Below, in pieces: positions 1 through 15,289 of a stretch of DNA of 64,000 bases (the first letter of the stretch is position 1; every line of letters starts with the position of its first letter). This stretch comes from Octopus vulgaris (Eukaryota), in assembly GCA_951406725.2 (NCBI GenBank), contig OX597817.1:93372001-93436000 (forward strand), read 5' to 3'. Both the position numbers and the translations under genes were made by a program. The notes beneath the pieces are model-generated. The model did no database searches. It worked only from the letters and a program-made list of their open reading frames with translations, and was not told the DNA's origin.

Positions 1-299
1 TGACTAACCAACTTATGTTTAGATAAGATTGTTATTGATAACAATTTTGTCAACATTCCAAAATATGAAATGAAAACAAATCAATATTTCTTCAAAAATA
101 GGGGACTCGGAATAGAGGTAGAACCTTTAGTGTCTAGTAGCTGCACCTTGCCAGTAATGGTATGGTAGACAGGCATCAACTGCTGGCACAAACTAGATGA
201 GGGGATGGTGTTAACACTGCATCAGTAGACGAAAGACTCCGGGTAAGGCTTCCAAAAGAGCCGTCAGCGAAGCCGAAGGAACCTGTTCATGTCAATGGC

Positions 300-567
300 C
301 TAGTGTTTAGGGTCAAGGTGTGTCTCAGATAGAGGCATGCGGTTATGGATATCAGCCAATTTGCCCATGATATATTCATTATGATGACAACCAGACCAGA
401 ACCAATACCGGATTGGTCATCGCCCGGGTTAACATCAACGAGTGGACAGGCCTCAATTTCGCTCGCTCACAGAGGGCAGCAGAAGATGGAGGAAAGTGAC
501 GAAGTCTGGTTGCGACATCATCAATGAATGTCCCAATGATCGCACAGTCAAAGGAAGGAAGGAAGGA
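300..567 (+). mobile_element. Degenerate RTE-like LINE 3' end with (GGAA)n tail
   Basis: Translatable remnant NINEWTGL...RAAED resembles the RTE ORF C-terminus; ends in GGAAGGAAGGAAGG. Confidence 0.5.
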
Positions 568-942
568 TTTTTAAGATGTTTAATAATTAAATAGCTCAGA
601 TAGAACTTTGTCAGCCCGAGTTACACTTTGAGTCTGAGAAAGAATTAGAAGACAAGACTGAAAGTAGTTGCTCTGAAACATTTCTGGTTGGCTTCAAACA
701 GATAAAATTAACTGCAGGGTTATTCGAGCTGAACCCGTGTTGTGTTATAGTTGATATTAGACTTTGAGATGACAGCATTATTAAAAAAAGGAAACCCTTT
801 GTGTAAGTACAGAAACCAACATTCCATAAAGAAAATATATCTTTAAAGTCTTAACTTTATCCAATTAGTCTCATAAACTCAATTAAAAACAAGAAAGAAA
901 AGAAAAGCAGAAAACAATGAGAAATTTGATAAGATAAAATAT

Positions 943-948
943 TTTATT
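943..948 (-). promoter_or_regulatory. Candidate polyadenylation signal of the SLC16 gene
   Basis: AATAAA on the minus strand about 160 nt after the stop codon; weak because the context is AT-rich. Confidence 0.3.
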
Positions 949-1108
949 AGTGTTACGGATCCAAATCCCGCTTGGATTGTATACGTCTTTCATCTTTCAA
1001 TATCGACGTTGTGAAATGTGTGTAATTGTGCGAATGTAAGAAATTAATGTTTAACTAAATGCAAATGTTCATATTTATAATTGCCTTATGTTTATAGTTC
1101 TACATGCG

Positions 1109-1290
1109 TCAGTGTATTACGTGATATCCTGTTAATATGATACAGCTACATGGAGGGACATCTTTTAGCTCTCGTTGTCTCTGTCGCGATAATATCGCCA
1201 ATGGCAATACACACAAGGCTGAAGTGCACAAAAATACTCCAGCCAAATAAAATGAACCTCTATAGTGTCCAGTCAGGTCTCGTAATAAAC
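1109..1290 (-). CDS. SLC16/MCT-family transporter, last coding exon (TM12, C-tail)
   Basis: Acceptor TTTCATTCTAG|GT. GLLRDLTGHYRGSFYLAG matches the MCT G.L.D.TG.Y...FY.AG motif; TGA ends at 1109. Joined CDS is 370+144+1152+182=1848 nt (615 aa). Confidence 0.9.
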
Positions 1291-2331
1291 CTAGAATGAA
1301 ATAAAAAGATAGTATTAACAACAATTATTATTATTATTATTTCTTATTTAGACAGATTCCCCAGTTCAGGACCACAACCTCCCATATTACCATAAAAGTC
1401 AAGGCCAGTTACGAAAAATTGTGTCACCATAAAAGAATCGACGCCTGCTTAAATGTCTTAGTAAATCAGATTGATTGGCATGTAAACTAGTGAGCTGGAA
1501 TCTTCCTTCCTGCCAAACAGTTTGATCGAACTTTCTGGAAACTCCGTAGGGCATTATAAAAACTGGATTTTGAAAACGTTGGACAGAACAACTTCTGGTG
1601 TTATACGCAACTATGCCGCTCAGATCCATGATAAGTGTTCTCACTTTTTAAATTTCTTCTGCTCAGAACAGCCTGGGGTTCAGTTCGGAGATATATCAGT
1701 CCGCTTTGTGATAAAGCATTCTCTTACAGCACTCTCGCATAAAATATATCCTTATTTTACAAGTATATTATGTGAAGAAAAAACAAATTTAGTATGCCTT
1801 ATCGAAATATATTGTAAGGTTGTTTTATAAGGGGAAATGTATGATTCTATACATGTAAATACAATGCTGTACAATGGGATAAAATATGAAACCATGAATT
1901 GATAAACTGCGTTATATAAATATCGTATTTCATTTTATCTTTTGAACAGTTGTATAGTTGTTCATCTTAGAAATTCCTATAAAGTAGTTTATATTTCGGC
2001 CAAGTGAACTGTAGGATGTAAAACGCGTATTTTTGGCTATGATGCTTTGTCTTACTGCAATCAGCCACCGGTGTAATGACCATCGCCATGGTTTCGTTGT
2101 CATTCACTCATTGCAAATAACTGGTAAGCAGACGAACGTTTAACATCTCTTTCATCTTTCTAAGGGAATTTTGATTTAGATAATTATAAAATGTTTCTTA
2201 AATGCAAGACAATCATTAAATAATGTAAGACACATATCAACTGTAGGTTATGTATGCTAGGGAAGGAGGTGTAATGAGATGACGTGATTTCTCCATATAA
2301 CTACCGATGCACGGTAAGCAATTCTTTTGTA

Positions 2332-2930
2332 TTAGGTTGTCTGGAAAGTTCTGAGCGTTTTTTTAATATGCGAAAAGGGATATAAATATTTGACTTTTCA
2401 ATAAATTTTATTCAATGCAATAATTTCCATTATTATTAGTGACCTTTGTCCATCTATCCAGGTAATTTAAATATTCCATCAGCATAAAATTTGACTGGTT
2501 TTGAAGAAAAAAGTTATCTAGATGCATTTTGGCTCCATCTAAATCGTTAAATGTTCTTCCTTGCAATGAGTTCTATAGAGGCAAAAACAATTGGTAGTCG
2601 AATGGCATATCAGGAAAATATGGTGGATGAGGTAAGAGATTCCAGCCTAGTTCATGTAACTCTGTTCGGGTAGCCAAAGACACATGTGGTCGGGCATTGT
2701 CTTGTTGGAACACGACCCCTTTCCTGTTGGCAATCTCCGTCCTCAATTCTTTGATTTTTTTTTTTTTTTTGGTTCAGATTAGTCAACTGACGACACTACA
2801 CATCAGAAATAATAGTCTGGTTTTGTGGGAGAAGTTCATAATAAAGACTGCTTCTATGATCCCACCAAACACAAAGCATACCTTTTTTTGGCATGGATAT
2901 TCGTCTTTGGTTGCTATTTTGGGAGACTCT
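2332..2930 (-). mobile_element. mariner (DD34D-type) transposon relic, 3' half
   Basis: Frameshifted minus-strand remnants MLCVWWD, YYELL, VVFQQDNARPH, HPPYFPD...DYQLF and LPGRW; mariner-like terminus TA|TTAGGTTG at 2330-2339. Confidence 0.8.
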
Positions 2931-2931
2931 T

Positions 2932-3122
2932 AGGTAAGCTCCAGGATCATAGCAGTATTTCGTCCATCTTTACGTTCTGGGTTCAAATTCCACCGAGGTC
3001 GACTTTGCCTTTCGTCCTTTCAAGGTTGATAAAATAAGTTCCATTTGATCACTGGGATCGATGTAAATGACTAATATCCTACCCCGAAATTGCCGAACTT
3101 GTGTTAAAATTTGAATCCAATA
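2932..3122 (+). mobile_element. tRNA-derived SINE family 1 (degenerate copy)
   Basis: B-box GGGTTCAAATTCC and core GTCGACTTTGCCTTTC.TCCTTTC..GGT.GATAAAATAAGT shared with more than 10 copies in the window. Confidence 0.75.
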
Positions 3123-3717
3123 TTATTAGCAATATTTATTGTGTCTAGCACTCGTGCTTATCCGACTCCCTAGACCACAATACTCGGTCTCTCATCTGTA
3201 ATGCGGCCACACGCAGAGCAATTTTCTGATGCATTTTAAAGTGCGTTTTATATGCTGAAGAAAAGTTAAGCTTTTTCTCATAATTATGAACTGTTCTCAG
3301 TTTGCTATTTAGAATATTATGTAGTAAAAACTTATATTTATTCCATTCGATATAGCGTGAATGCTGTTCTATTTATTCAATTGTCGAATAGTTGTAAATG
3401 CAAGTATTCTTGGTAAGTAAAATTGTATGAAAACTAATACCATTACTAAGGCGGCGATCTGGTAGAATTGTTAGCACGCCGGACAAATTTGAACGTAACA
3501 CACAGCAAAACAGCGAAACTATTTAACAACCCAAATACCGCACAAAAACACAAGTCCAGTATATTTGATGGTGAGATTAATTCGATACCATCGACTCCAG
3601 TACTTGACTAACTCTATTTTATCGACCACTGAGGAATAAAAAGCACGGTTACCCTTGACGTCATCTGAACTCATAGCATATATTCCGACACTCTAACAAT
3701 TCTGCCAACTCGTCGCC

Positions 3718-3759
<42 letters not shown>

Positions 3760-3762
<3 letters not shown>

Positions 3763-4071
3763 GCCCTGATGCAGTACCCATGCCCTAATGCAGTACCAGG
3801 CAGTGGCTCTCGTGGCTTCTGATCTTAACTGATTGGAAGTGTTATCATGTACATTGTTTTGTCTTGGTATAAAAGATGGGCTACAGCAAATATTCTGCTC
3901 AATACCACAGATTTGCTTGTCAGTTGTTTGACCATAATCAGTTGACCATGTCCTTAGTGGCTGATGATATGTGCATCTCTAATCACGAGCAGAAGTAGTC
4001 ATGATGGGTATATCGGGTTTCGTATATTTGTACTCCAGTGTCACTTTGATGGCATGCACTGCTCTCTCACT
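3760..4071 (+). repeat. TAA-tailed repeat, probable 3' UTR of an R4/Dong-like family
   Basis: Homologous to 44786-45245 and to the 3' ends at 15202-15268 and ~25310-25345 (...GCATGCACTGCTCTCTCAC followed by TAA repeats); flanked by (TAA)n. Confidence 0.6.
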
Positions 4072-4097
4072 TAATAATAATAATAATAATAATAATA

Positions 4098-4700
4098 GAG
4101 CATCGAAAGCTCGATATAAGTAGCCTTTAGAATGTTTGTTCCTTCTCGAGCCATGCCTGGCTCATAAGGGCCGGTTTCCCGGTTTCCTTGGCGTATAGGT
4201 TCCCCACCTGGATGGGACGCCGGTCCGTCGCAGGTGAGCTGCAGGATGCAGGAGGAAAGAGTCAGAGAAAGTTATGGCGAAAGAGTCAGCAGAGGTTCGC
4301 CATTACTTTCTGCCGGAGCCGCGTGGAGCGCAGGTGTTTCGCTCATAATCACACACATCGCCCGGTCTGAGATTCGAATCCGCGATCCCTCGACCGCGAG
4401 TCCGCTGCTCTAACCACTAGGCCATGTGCCTCCACATCCTTTAGAATGGACAAGCAAGAGTGCCTAATAGTCGACATGGCAGTGCCAGGAGATCGACATA
4501 ACGTGAAAGAAAGAGCAAAGGCTGACAAATATCGAGACCTGAAAATTGAGATCACCAACATGTAACAGCTGCGAGAGTCCAACATAAACGTTATTTCCGT
4601 TGTCAATCGGTTCAATAACACCCAACCTGAAGAAATATTTGGACACTTTAGAAATACCCTACAATCTTGGTGTATTTACTTGGAAGTGCACGCATACTGC
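4098..4700 (+). mobile_element. Degenerate R4/Dong-like LINE 3' fragment (RLE endonuclease), split by a SINE
   Basis: KQECLIVDMAVPGD...KADKYRDLKIEI is a PD-(D/E)xK RLE domain; lies between (TAA)n runs. Confidence 0.75.
4135..4437 (-). mobile_element. tRNA-derived SINE family 3 (OR-like) with 11-bp TSD
   Basis: A-box TGGCCTAGTGG and B-box GGATTCGAATC; TSD CCTTTAGAATG at 4124-4134 and 4438-4448; head shared with 24082-24472. Confidence 0.85.
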
Positions 4701-4726
4701 ATAATAATAATAATAATAATAATAAT

Positions 4727-5515
<789 letters not shown>

Positions 5516-5519
5516 TTTT

Positions 5520-8500
5520 TTTTTTTGACCGACAGGACCCCACCTAAAAAAAAAATAAAAAAAATATCACTGATGGTGATGATGATAATAATGATAGTAA
5601 TAGTGCTGATAATCTATCTATCTATCTACACACACACACACACTCAAAGAGTTCAACCAACACAAACCTCACCTCCGTTCTATTGTTAACCAAATATGAA
5701 AGTATTATTTGACCGGCAAGAACTGTGGCGTTGAAGACAGTCAGCCAGCCAACCACCAAGCCAGCCAACGAGACATACAGACACTACTGTGATGGTGATA
5801 ATGATAAAAAAACAAAAATAACAATAATAAGATACTGCTGTGACTACACATAAAACAATATCATTGATGATGATGGTGGTGATGGTGATGGTGATGATGA
5901 TAACGATGATGGTAATGGTGGTGATAATGATGATAGTGATAGTAATGGTGATGATAACAATAATAAGCCGACTACGGCTGCTATAATGGTACGATTATAA
6001 TTGTAACGGCAATGATGGCCGTCTCCCCACGAGCCAATCAAAGCTAAAAAATGATAACATTATCGTAGCACCAAAATGTTTTTGGAAACTAAAAGGAAAA
6101 CTAAATCAGTATACCAAATCGCTTGTCCTATGGTTAATCTGGAAGCGCGTCCCCCAGGGAAGAGTCAGCTTGGGATCGAAAAGTCATCAACTGGCACAAA
6201 CTCTTCTCCGAATACGGACATGGATGGTCACTTGAACGGGAAATCCCCCAACTCGAGCCCTCCAAGTTCACCACCACAACCACCACAGAAAGAAAAATGT
6301 AAGCGGAACAAACGGACCCGAGAAGAGTATAAAGAAGTAATATACGCTTATTACTATGCATTAGGTAGGCCATCTCAAGAGAGACACACCGCAAACTCTT
6401 ACAGTATATGGAGAACACGGAATCAAGACAGTAGGCCCTATTTGGACGAGAACAAATTAGCAAATGTGAGGAGGGATATCCTTAGAAATAACAGACTCAC
6501 AGACAGTGAAATAAGCGCGATCAAGCACGCAACGGAAAATGACATAAATATAAGACACAAAGGAAATGAAGAATCAGATGAACAGTATAGCCCGCCACGA
6601 GGCTTAATTGAAAGACTGCCATCTGACCAAAGTACGCAAAGGCCTGAAGATACAAGAAATTCTATTGTACCTGTTAAAGACAGCCAGGAAAACGAAAAAA
6701 CAACAGTAACTGAAGATCTCGCATTTGCTGAAGAACACAGAGAGTCTATGGCAGAAATGAGGCAGAAAATCCTGAATACGCTTGAAGTTGTAAGACATAC
6801 AAGTATGAATGATAGAGAACCACTTCATAAACTCTCAAATACAAACCAAAATAAAAAACAAATCCAAATTGGCAACTATGTAACAAATGAAATAATACGA
6901 GAATTAAAACCTGGTTTTACTGAGTTAAATGAAATTATTTACGCTTCTGCTAGGGCAATTGAAACCAGCTGTATGCCCCCGAAAAAACAAAGAAGACAAA
7001 ACCTGGGAAGAAATCAAACCTGGAGAAGTAAAATTGAAAAAGAGATCGAATTTATGAGAGGGGAAATATCAATATTAAATGAACTAATATGTGGAAATGA
7101 TGTAAGATCCAGAACAGGAAGAAAGATGAAGAGAAAATTTGGATCCTCACCAAGAGAAGAACTGATATCAATAAAAGAAACGCTGAAACAAAAAGTCCAA
7201 GCAAAAGCCCAAAGAATACGAAGATTTGAGAAGAGAAACAAGTTTTACAAGCAAAATAAGCTGTTCACATCCAATGCCAAAAAATTCTACAGAGAAATAG
7301 GGAAGGAGAAAGTAACCGTTAAAGACCCCCCTCCCATGGAAGAAGTTCAAAACTTTTGGAAAAGGATTTGGAGTGACAAGAAGACGTACAACATAAATGC
7401 AGACTGGATTATACAAACTGAAGGATCCTACCAAAATTTACAACAACAAGCATGGGAAGACATCACAATAGCAGACCTAAGAAAGGCACTCACGAAGGCC
7501 CATAATTGGAAATCCCCCGGTAAAGATAGGGTGCCGAATTTCTGGCTCGCATCACTCCCATGCGCACACGGTAAGCTAGTTCAGCTGCTCAATGGAATTA
7601 TGAGAGACCCAAAGAAAACACCAGAATGGTTAGCAAGTGGCATTACTTACCTACTCCTAAAGAATAACGAAACCAACCTTCCAAAAAACTATCGGCCTAT
7701 AACCTGTCTATCCACCACGTATAAAATCCTAACATCTATCCTGGCGGAGAAAACATATGCATTCATGGAGAAGAACGATATTTTCCCCATTGAACAAAAA
7801 GGGTGCCGCCGAAGCTCTTACGGATGCAAAGATCAACTGCTAATCAATCGTATGATCCTTGAGAACTGTCACAACAAGCGCAGAAATCTCAGCACCGCAT
7901 GGATTGATTATAAAAAGGCCTTCGACAGTATACCGCATCCATGGATCTTGAGATCGCTGGACATCTTCAAAATTTCCCCTGTGATTTCAAACTTCCTGAA
8001 GCACAATATGTCGTTGTGGAATACGAATCTCCAATTATACCACTCTAATGGAGTACTTGCCTCAGAAAATATAAACATCAACTGTGGAATTTTTCAAGGT
8101 GACTCACTTTCACCTTTAATATTCTGCATAGCCCTAATACCCCTTACAAGTGAATTAAACAGAACAGGGTATGGGTATAAAATTGCCAATAAAAAAATAA
8201 GCCATCTATTTTATATGGATGACTTAAAACTTTATGGTAAAGACAATAATGAACTTGAAGGCCTATTGCGCACCGTGAAAGCATTCAGCGATGACATCGG
8301 GATGGAGTTTGGACTTGAGAAGTGTGCCAAGGCCACTTTCCAGAAAGGGAAAGTGAAGACCACAAATTCAGTCGTGTTAGATGTTGACACAGTCATAAGA
8401 GAGCTTGAGCAAGAACAAACATACAAATATTTAGGGATAAATGAAGGCTCTGGTATTCAGCATGCAAGCATGAAAGAGAAGATCAGGAAGGAATGTTATA

Positions 8501-9931
8501 GGAGAGTTGGTGCAGTCCTGAAATCTGAACTAAATGCACGTAACAAGGTGTTAGCTATAAATTCCTTAGCAGTTCCAGTTGTTACTTATAACTACAATGT
8601 GTTGAACTGGAATATGAGTGAAGTAAAGAATATAGATAGGAAAATACGCAAGCTGCTGAGTTGTAATAGGATGCACCACCCAAAGGCAGACGTAGATCGC
8701 CTTTACCTTCCCAGAGCCCAAGGAGGTCGAGGCCTGATCCAATTTGAACTAGCTTACAAAACAACCACCATTGGACTGGCCAAATATCTCGAAATATCGA
8801 ATTACTGGATGCTAAAGCTCGTGGAAAATCACGAGAGGCGAAAGAAGCTTCATTCTATCATAAAGGAAAGCAAAAAATTTGCTATTGATCTCGTGCAGGA
8901 TACCCAAACTGAACAACCCGAGGGAAGTACGGCAACTATTGTTGCAAAAAAGGTGAAAATGATGGCAACGAAAAAAGCGCACGAGCAATTGGCTGATAGG
9001 TGGGAGGAGAAACCTCTGCACGGCAAATATGTGACCCGCAGCAAACAAGCTGATGTTGACCAGAAGCAAACCCATCAGTGGCTACGGAGCTCAGGGCTAA
9101 AAGCAGAGAGCGAAGGTTTCATCCTGGCTGCTCAAGATCAAAGCCTATTAACCCGGAACTACCAGGCCAATGTGATGAAAAATGGAGCAGACCCAAAATG
9201 CCGATTCTGCAACGACATGATTAAAACAGTGGACCATCTAATCTCTGGATGTAAAGTCTTAGCACCAGTGGAGTATAAATTAAGACATGACAGAGTTGGC
9301 TAATATCTACACTGGCTAATAAGTCGGCATTACAATATCAAAACTGCCGACAAGTGGTATAATCACCACCCTGAGGCTGTAACTGAAGGAGAAAATGTAA
9401 CCATTCTGTGGGACTTTCCAGTACATACAGACCGAACCATCAAGGCCAATAAACCAGATATTGTTGTGAAAGACCAAAACAATAAAGTTTGCTTATTGAT
9501 CGACATGAGCATCCCCTGTGATCATAATATCTCAGCGAAAGAGTTTGACAAGCTCAGAAAATATAAAGACCTACTCATTGAAATTGAGAAAATGTGGCAT
9601 CTCAAAGGCGGTTACAATACCAGTGATCGTAGGAGCACTAGGAATGATCAAGAAGGGAACCGAAAATTATATGAGAATGATCCCTGGCTTACCATCCCTG
9701 CAAGAAGTGCAAAAGATCGTCTTAACTGGTACATCACATGTATTGAGAAGAGCATTGTCGATGTGAGAATTGTTGCTGCTCATGTATTTTAATTTAACTT
9801 AAAAAAAAAAAAAAATGAACGAACTATTGAGTTTAGTGTAATGGCCTACCGATGTATACTATGAGTTTCTTTGCCCTAGGAGTCGGGAAGACACTCGGCA
9901 AGAAATGGAAGCAAATTTGAAAGAAGGAAAA
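5520..9931 (+). mobile_element. Near full-length R4/Dong-like (RLE) non-LTR retrotransposon, family B
   Basis: Single long ORF with RT, CCHC knuckle and RLE, a 3' UTR and a (TAA)n tail at 9932-9952; 5' boundary uncertain. Confidence 0.9.
6076..9766 (+). pseudogene. RT-RLE polyprotein of the family B element (one stop, one +1 frameshift; ~1229 aa if repaired)
   Basis: RT motifs KSPG, NYRPITCL, WIDYKKAFDS, GIFQGDSLSPL, HLFYMDDLK; CRFC..HLISGC; RHD; KPDIVV. TAA at 9301 where the relative at 13388 has CAG, and an extra A at 9604-9606. Confidence 0.9.
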
Positions 9932-9952
9932 AATAATAATAATAATAATAAT

Positions 9953-12005
9953 GCCTGGAAATGTATAAGATAGCACCTACTCTGAGAAACGTCTTGACTG
10001 TAAGTATGAGATCATGGAGAACCACACTAACTCTGAACAGTGACAATGAATCCCTAAATGCTGGTGATATAAAAATTTCGTGTGGCATTTTCCAGGGGGA
10101 CTCACTGTCACCACTCCTCTTTTGTTTATCCTTAATACCTCTCTCAAAGCTGCTCAATGACGCGCAGTACGGGTATAAAATGTTTGATAAAAATATATAT
10201 CATCTCATTTACATGGATGATTTAAAGCTTTTTGCAAAAAATGACCAACAACTCAAGGGCTTACTAGCAATAGTCAAACAATTCAGTGACGACATCAGAA
10301 TGCAATTCGGCCTCGATAAATGTGCAAAAGCTACTTTTATCAAAGGAAAAATGACAGAAACATCTAACGTTAACCTTGACCAGCAGAATGTCATAAAAGA
10401 ACTAGACCCAGCGGAGAGCTACAAGTACCTAGGGGTAATTGAAGGGAACGGAATAAGGCATTCAGAGATGAAGGAAAGGATCAGGAGAGAATGCTATCGA
10501 AGAGTGAGAGCAATACTCAAGACAGAGCTGAATGCAAGAAACAGGATCGAAGCGATCAATGCATTAGCCATACCAGTCGTAACTTACAGTTTCAATATTG
10601 TTAACTGGTCAATTACTGAAATATGTCAGCTCGACAGAAAAATAAGGAAACTGTTGACAATGCATAGAATGCACCAGCCTAAGGCAGATACAGAACGACT
10701 CTATCTGCCAAGAAAAGAGGGAGGCCGTGGTCTTTTGCAACTGGCAATAACAATGAAGATTGCTACAATTGGCCTAGACACCTACCTGAAAAACTCTGAG
10801 GACTGGATGTTAAAACTTGTCTCAAAACATGAAAACAAGAAAGCATCATACTCAGTCACAAAACAGGCAAAGGAATATCTAAGTGAATTCCGAATACAAC
10901 CAATTTCGGAATTAGAGATAGACATACAAGAAACAAGCACAGAAAAAGCTAGGCGCATGAAAACCCGTGCCAAAACTGCGGCCTTAGATATTCTGAATAA
11001 TAAATGGCAAGAAAAACCTCTCTATGGCAAGTACCCAAAGAGAGCGAATAATGCAGATATCGACAAAGCCCTGACCCATCAATGGCTAATGGCCTCTGGC
11101 TTAAAATCTGAAACAGAGGGGTTTATCATAGCAGCTCAAGATCAATGCCTACCAACAAGAAACTACCAGGCCAACATATTAAAGAACGGCAGTAGCCCAA
11201 CATGTCGTGTATGCCGACAACAAAATGAAACCATTGATCATGTTGTCTCCAAATGCAGTCTTCTAGCGCCTACAGAGTACCTCAATAGGCATGATAGAGC
11301 TGCACAATATATTCACTGGGTAATTTGCAAAAACCTGGATTTGCCCCATGAAAAAAACTGGTGGGAACACAATCCACCTCCAGTGCTTGAAAATGACCAC
11401 ATCTCACTCCTCTGGAACTTCACCATTCAAACTAACAGGAAGATAGATGCAAATAGGCCAAACATCATATTGAAAGACTATAGACAAAGAACATGCCTTC
11501 TCATTGATATGACTGTCCCAATCGATATAAACGTATCTGTCAAGACCTACCAAAAACTGAGCAAATATAAAGATCTTGAAGTAGAAATCAACAAAATGTG
11601 GAAGCTGAAGACTAAAACAATACCTGTTGTCATAGGTGCCCTGGGAATGATAGCGAAAGGGACTGATTGCTACCTAACTCAGATACCAGGAAACCCCAAA
11701 ATGGCAGAAATTCAAAAGATAGTGCTCATGGGAACTGCTCATATCCTACGCAAAATACTCTCTATGTAATCCCAAGGTTTAAAACAAACTTTTTTTTAAT
11801 TTTTATTTTAACTTTTTATTTTATTTTATTTTATTTTTTTATTTTTTTTATTTTTATGTATTAGACATTCACTAGTACAACCCCCCCCCTCAAAAAAAAA
11901 AACCCCCAGATATATGGCACAGAACTTCCAGCCTGTTGTCTCTTGAGGTCTCTGGGTGAGACTTGGAGCCAACTTGTACAGACATAAAGCAAAAGTCAAA
12001 CATAG
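9953..12005 (+). mobile_element. 5'-truncated R4/Dong-like LINE, family A (open 602-aa RT/RLE remnant at 9961-11769)
   Basis: GIFQGDSLSPL, HLIYMDDLK, CRVC..HVVSKC, RHD and the RLE domain; starts directly after the TAA tail of family B. Confidence 0.92.
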
Positions 12006-13283
<1,278 letters not shown>

Positions 13284-13326
13284 ACGACGACGACGACTCT
13301 GTCATGTCTTGCTTTATATTCTGCAG

Positions 13327-14022
13327 GTGCTCAGGGTGTAGAGTCTTAGCACCTGCAGAATATAAAGCAAGACATGACTGAGTCGGCCAGTATTTACACT
13401 GGACAATATGTCGGCATTATAAAATCAAAACCGCTGACAAATGGTATAAACATCATCCTGAAGCTGTGACGAGGGAGAAAATATGTCGATTCTATGGGAC
13501 TTCCCCGTGCAGACCGACAGGACTATAAAAGCCAATAAACCGGATATCATTATAAAAGATCAGACAAAAAGGATGTGTTTATTAATTGACATGAGTATTC
13601 CCTGTGATCACAATATAGCGGCGAAAGAATTTGGACAAGATTAGTAAATATAAAGACCTGCTAATGGAAATTGAAAAAATGTGGCATCTCAAGGCGACTA
13701 CAGTACCAGTGATTGTAGGATCTCTAGGAATGATAAAAAATGGCACTGAAACCTATTTGAAAATCATTCCAGGCTTACCATCCCTACAGGAAGTGCAAAA
13801 AATCGTATTAACTGGAACGGCTCATGTACTGAGAAGAGCACTATCGCTGTGAAAATAACACCCATCCATGAATTTATTTATTTATTTAATTTTTAAATAC
13901 ATATTTTATCTGTGAATTTGCGCGTGTAATCTGGGAATGCATACAATGCCCTTCTCTGCCCTAGGTGTATGGAAAAGACTCGGCGAGAAACGGAAGAAAA
14001 TTTGAAGAAAGAAGGAAAAAAC
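13327..14022 (+). mobile_element. R4/Dong-like LINE 3' fragment, family C (relative of B)
   Basis: SGCRVLAPAEYKARHD and KYKDLLMEIEKMWHLK; 3' UTR similar to B; followed by a TAA tail. Confidence 0.88.
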
Positions 14023-14030
14023 ATAATAAT

Positions 14031-14073
<43 letters not shown>

Positions 14074-15268
14074 GATGATCTAAACGAAGACAGTAAAACT
14101 AATGACGACATGACAGATGAACAAAAGGCAACCTACGGCTGAATAAAGGCAAGACTACAGAAGAACGATAGCGACATTATTTGCAACCTTAAAAAGGTTG
14201 ATCGATGGAAATTGAACCAAGAAACGAAAAATGTCAATGAAATTCTGAAATACATCAGAACGAACAACATCACAAACAAATAATTTGATCAAGGCAGCAA
14301 GTATTGTTGTAGCAGAAAACGTGGCTGCTGATGTCAAGAAAAAGAAACATAATGGGGGTGACAAAAGAAAAGATCCATGGTGGAAAAGAAGAATCCAGGT
14401 AGGGTTAGACATGCTCTCGAAGGAAATCTCTGTGTTAGACCGAAAAGAGAAAGGGGAGCTTAAAAGCGAACAAAAAATACAGGGCGCTGAAAAGGAAGTA
14501 TAATATTGAAAGAAAGGGTCTGAAAGTAGTAATGGAGGAACTGAAACAGTGTCTCGTTGAAAAGAAAGCAAGGATGGTAAGATACGAACAAAGAATGAAG
14601 GGTTACCACCACAATAGGTTATTCAGAGTAGACCAGAAGAGATTCTATAAAGAAATAAATGGAAAGTGTACAGATGAAAAGTTGATACCAGATAACATTG
14701 AAAGTTTGGAGTGACATCTGGAGCAGACACAAGGAGCACAAGAAGGATGCTGAATGGTTGCAAGAACTGAAACAAACAGTAGTCTATCCAAAACAGGCAG
14801 AACTAGTCATTTCAGTTAGGGAAGTGAAGGAAATCAGCAAAAAAATGAGCAGCTGGAAGACCCCGAGATCAGATGGAGTTCAAGGCTATTGGATCAAAAG
14901 ATTTGGTGAATGTCATGCACGAATAGCTGCGCAACTGAACACCTTGTTAAATGCCGACCAAGTAACGCCAGAGTGGTTGACATTGGGTAGGACGGTGCTG
15001 TGCCTGAAAAACATGGAAAAAGGCAAAACGGTAGACAATTACAGGCCGATATCCTGTTTGCCACTTATGTGGAAGTTATTGACTCGAATACTCGCAGAAT
15101 CAATGTACGAACACCTGGTAAAAATGGAGTCCTGCCATATGAGCAGAAATGTTGCAAGCGTAAGTGCAGAGGTACCGAGTATCAACTCCTGATAGACAAA
15201 ACATGATGGGTTTACTGGGCTTCGTATATTTAAGTGTCATTTTGATAGCATGCATTGCTCTCTCATTC
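14074..15268 (+). mobile_element. Degenerate R4/Dong-like LINE, family D (N-terminal/RT part joined to 3' end, internal deletion)
   Basis: PWWKRRI, NRLFRVDQKRFY, WKTP.SDG and NYRPISCL, then a jump at ~15201 to the TAA-tailed 3' end repeat. Confidence 0.8.
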
Positions 15269-15289
15269 AATAATAATAACAATAACAAT

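Noticed and set aside
1340-2170. Short ORFs at 1399-1830 as an extra exon or transposase
   Set aside because: No recognisable motif, and the gene model is complete without them.
4340-4437. tRNA-like sequences (also at 24082, 23837, 50901)
   Set aside because: These are SINE heads: no acceptor stem, continuous with repeat bodies, and some have TSDs.
5520-6180. Possible HDV-like ribozyme at the LINE 5' end
   Set aside because: Could not assemble the nested double pseudoknot by eye; needs a motif search.
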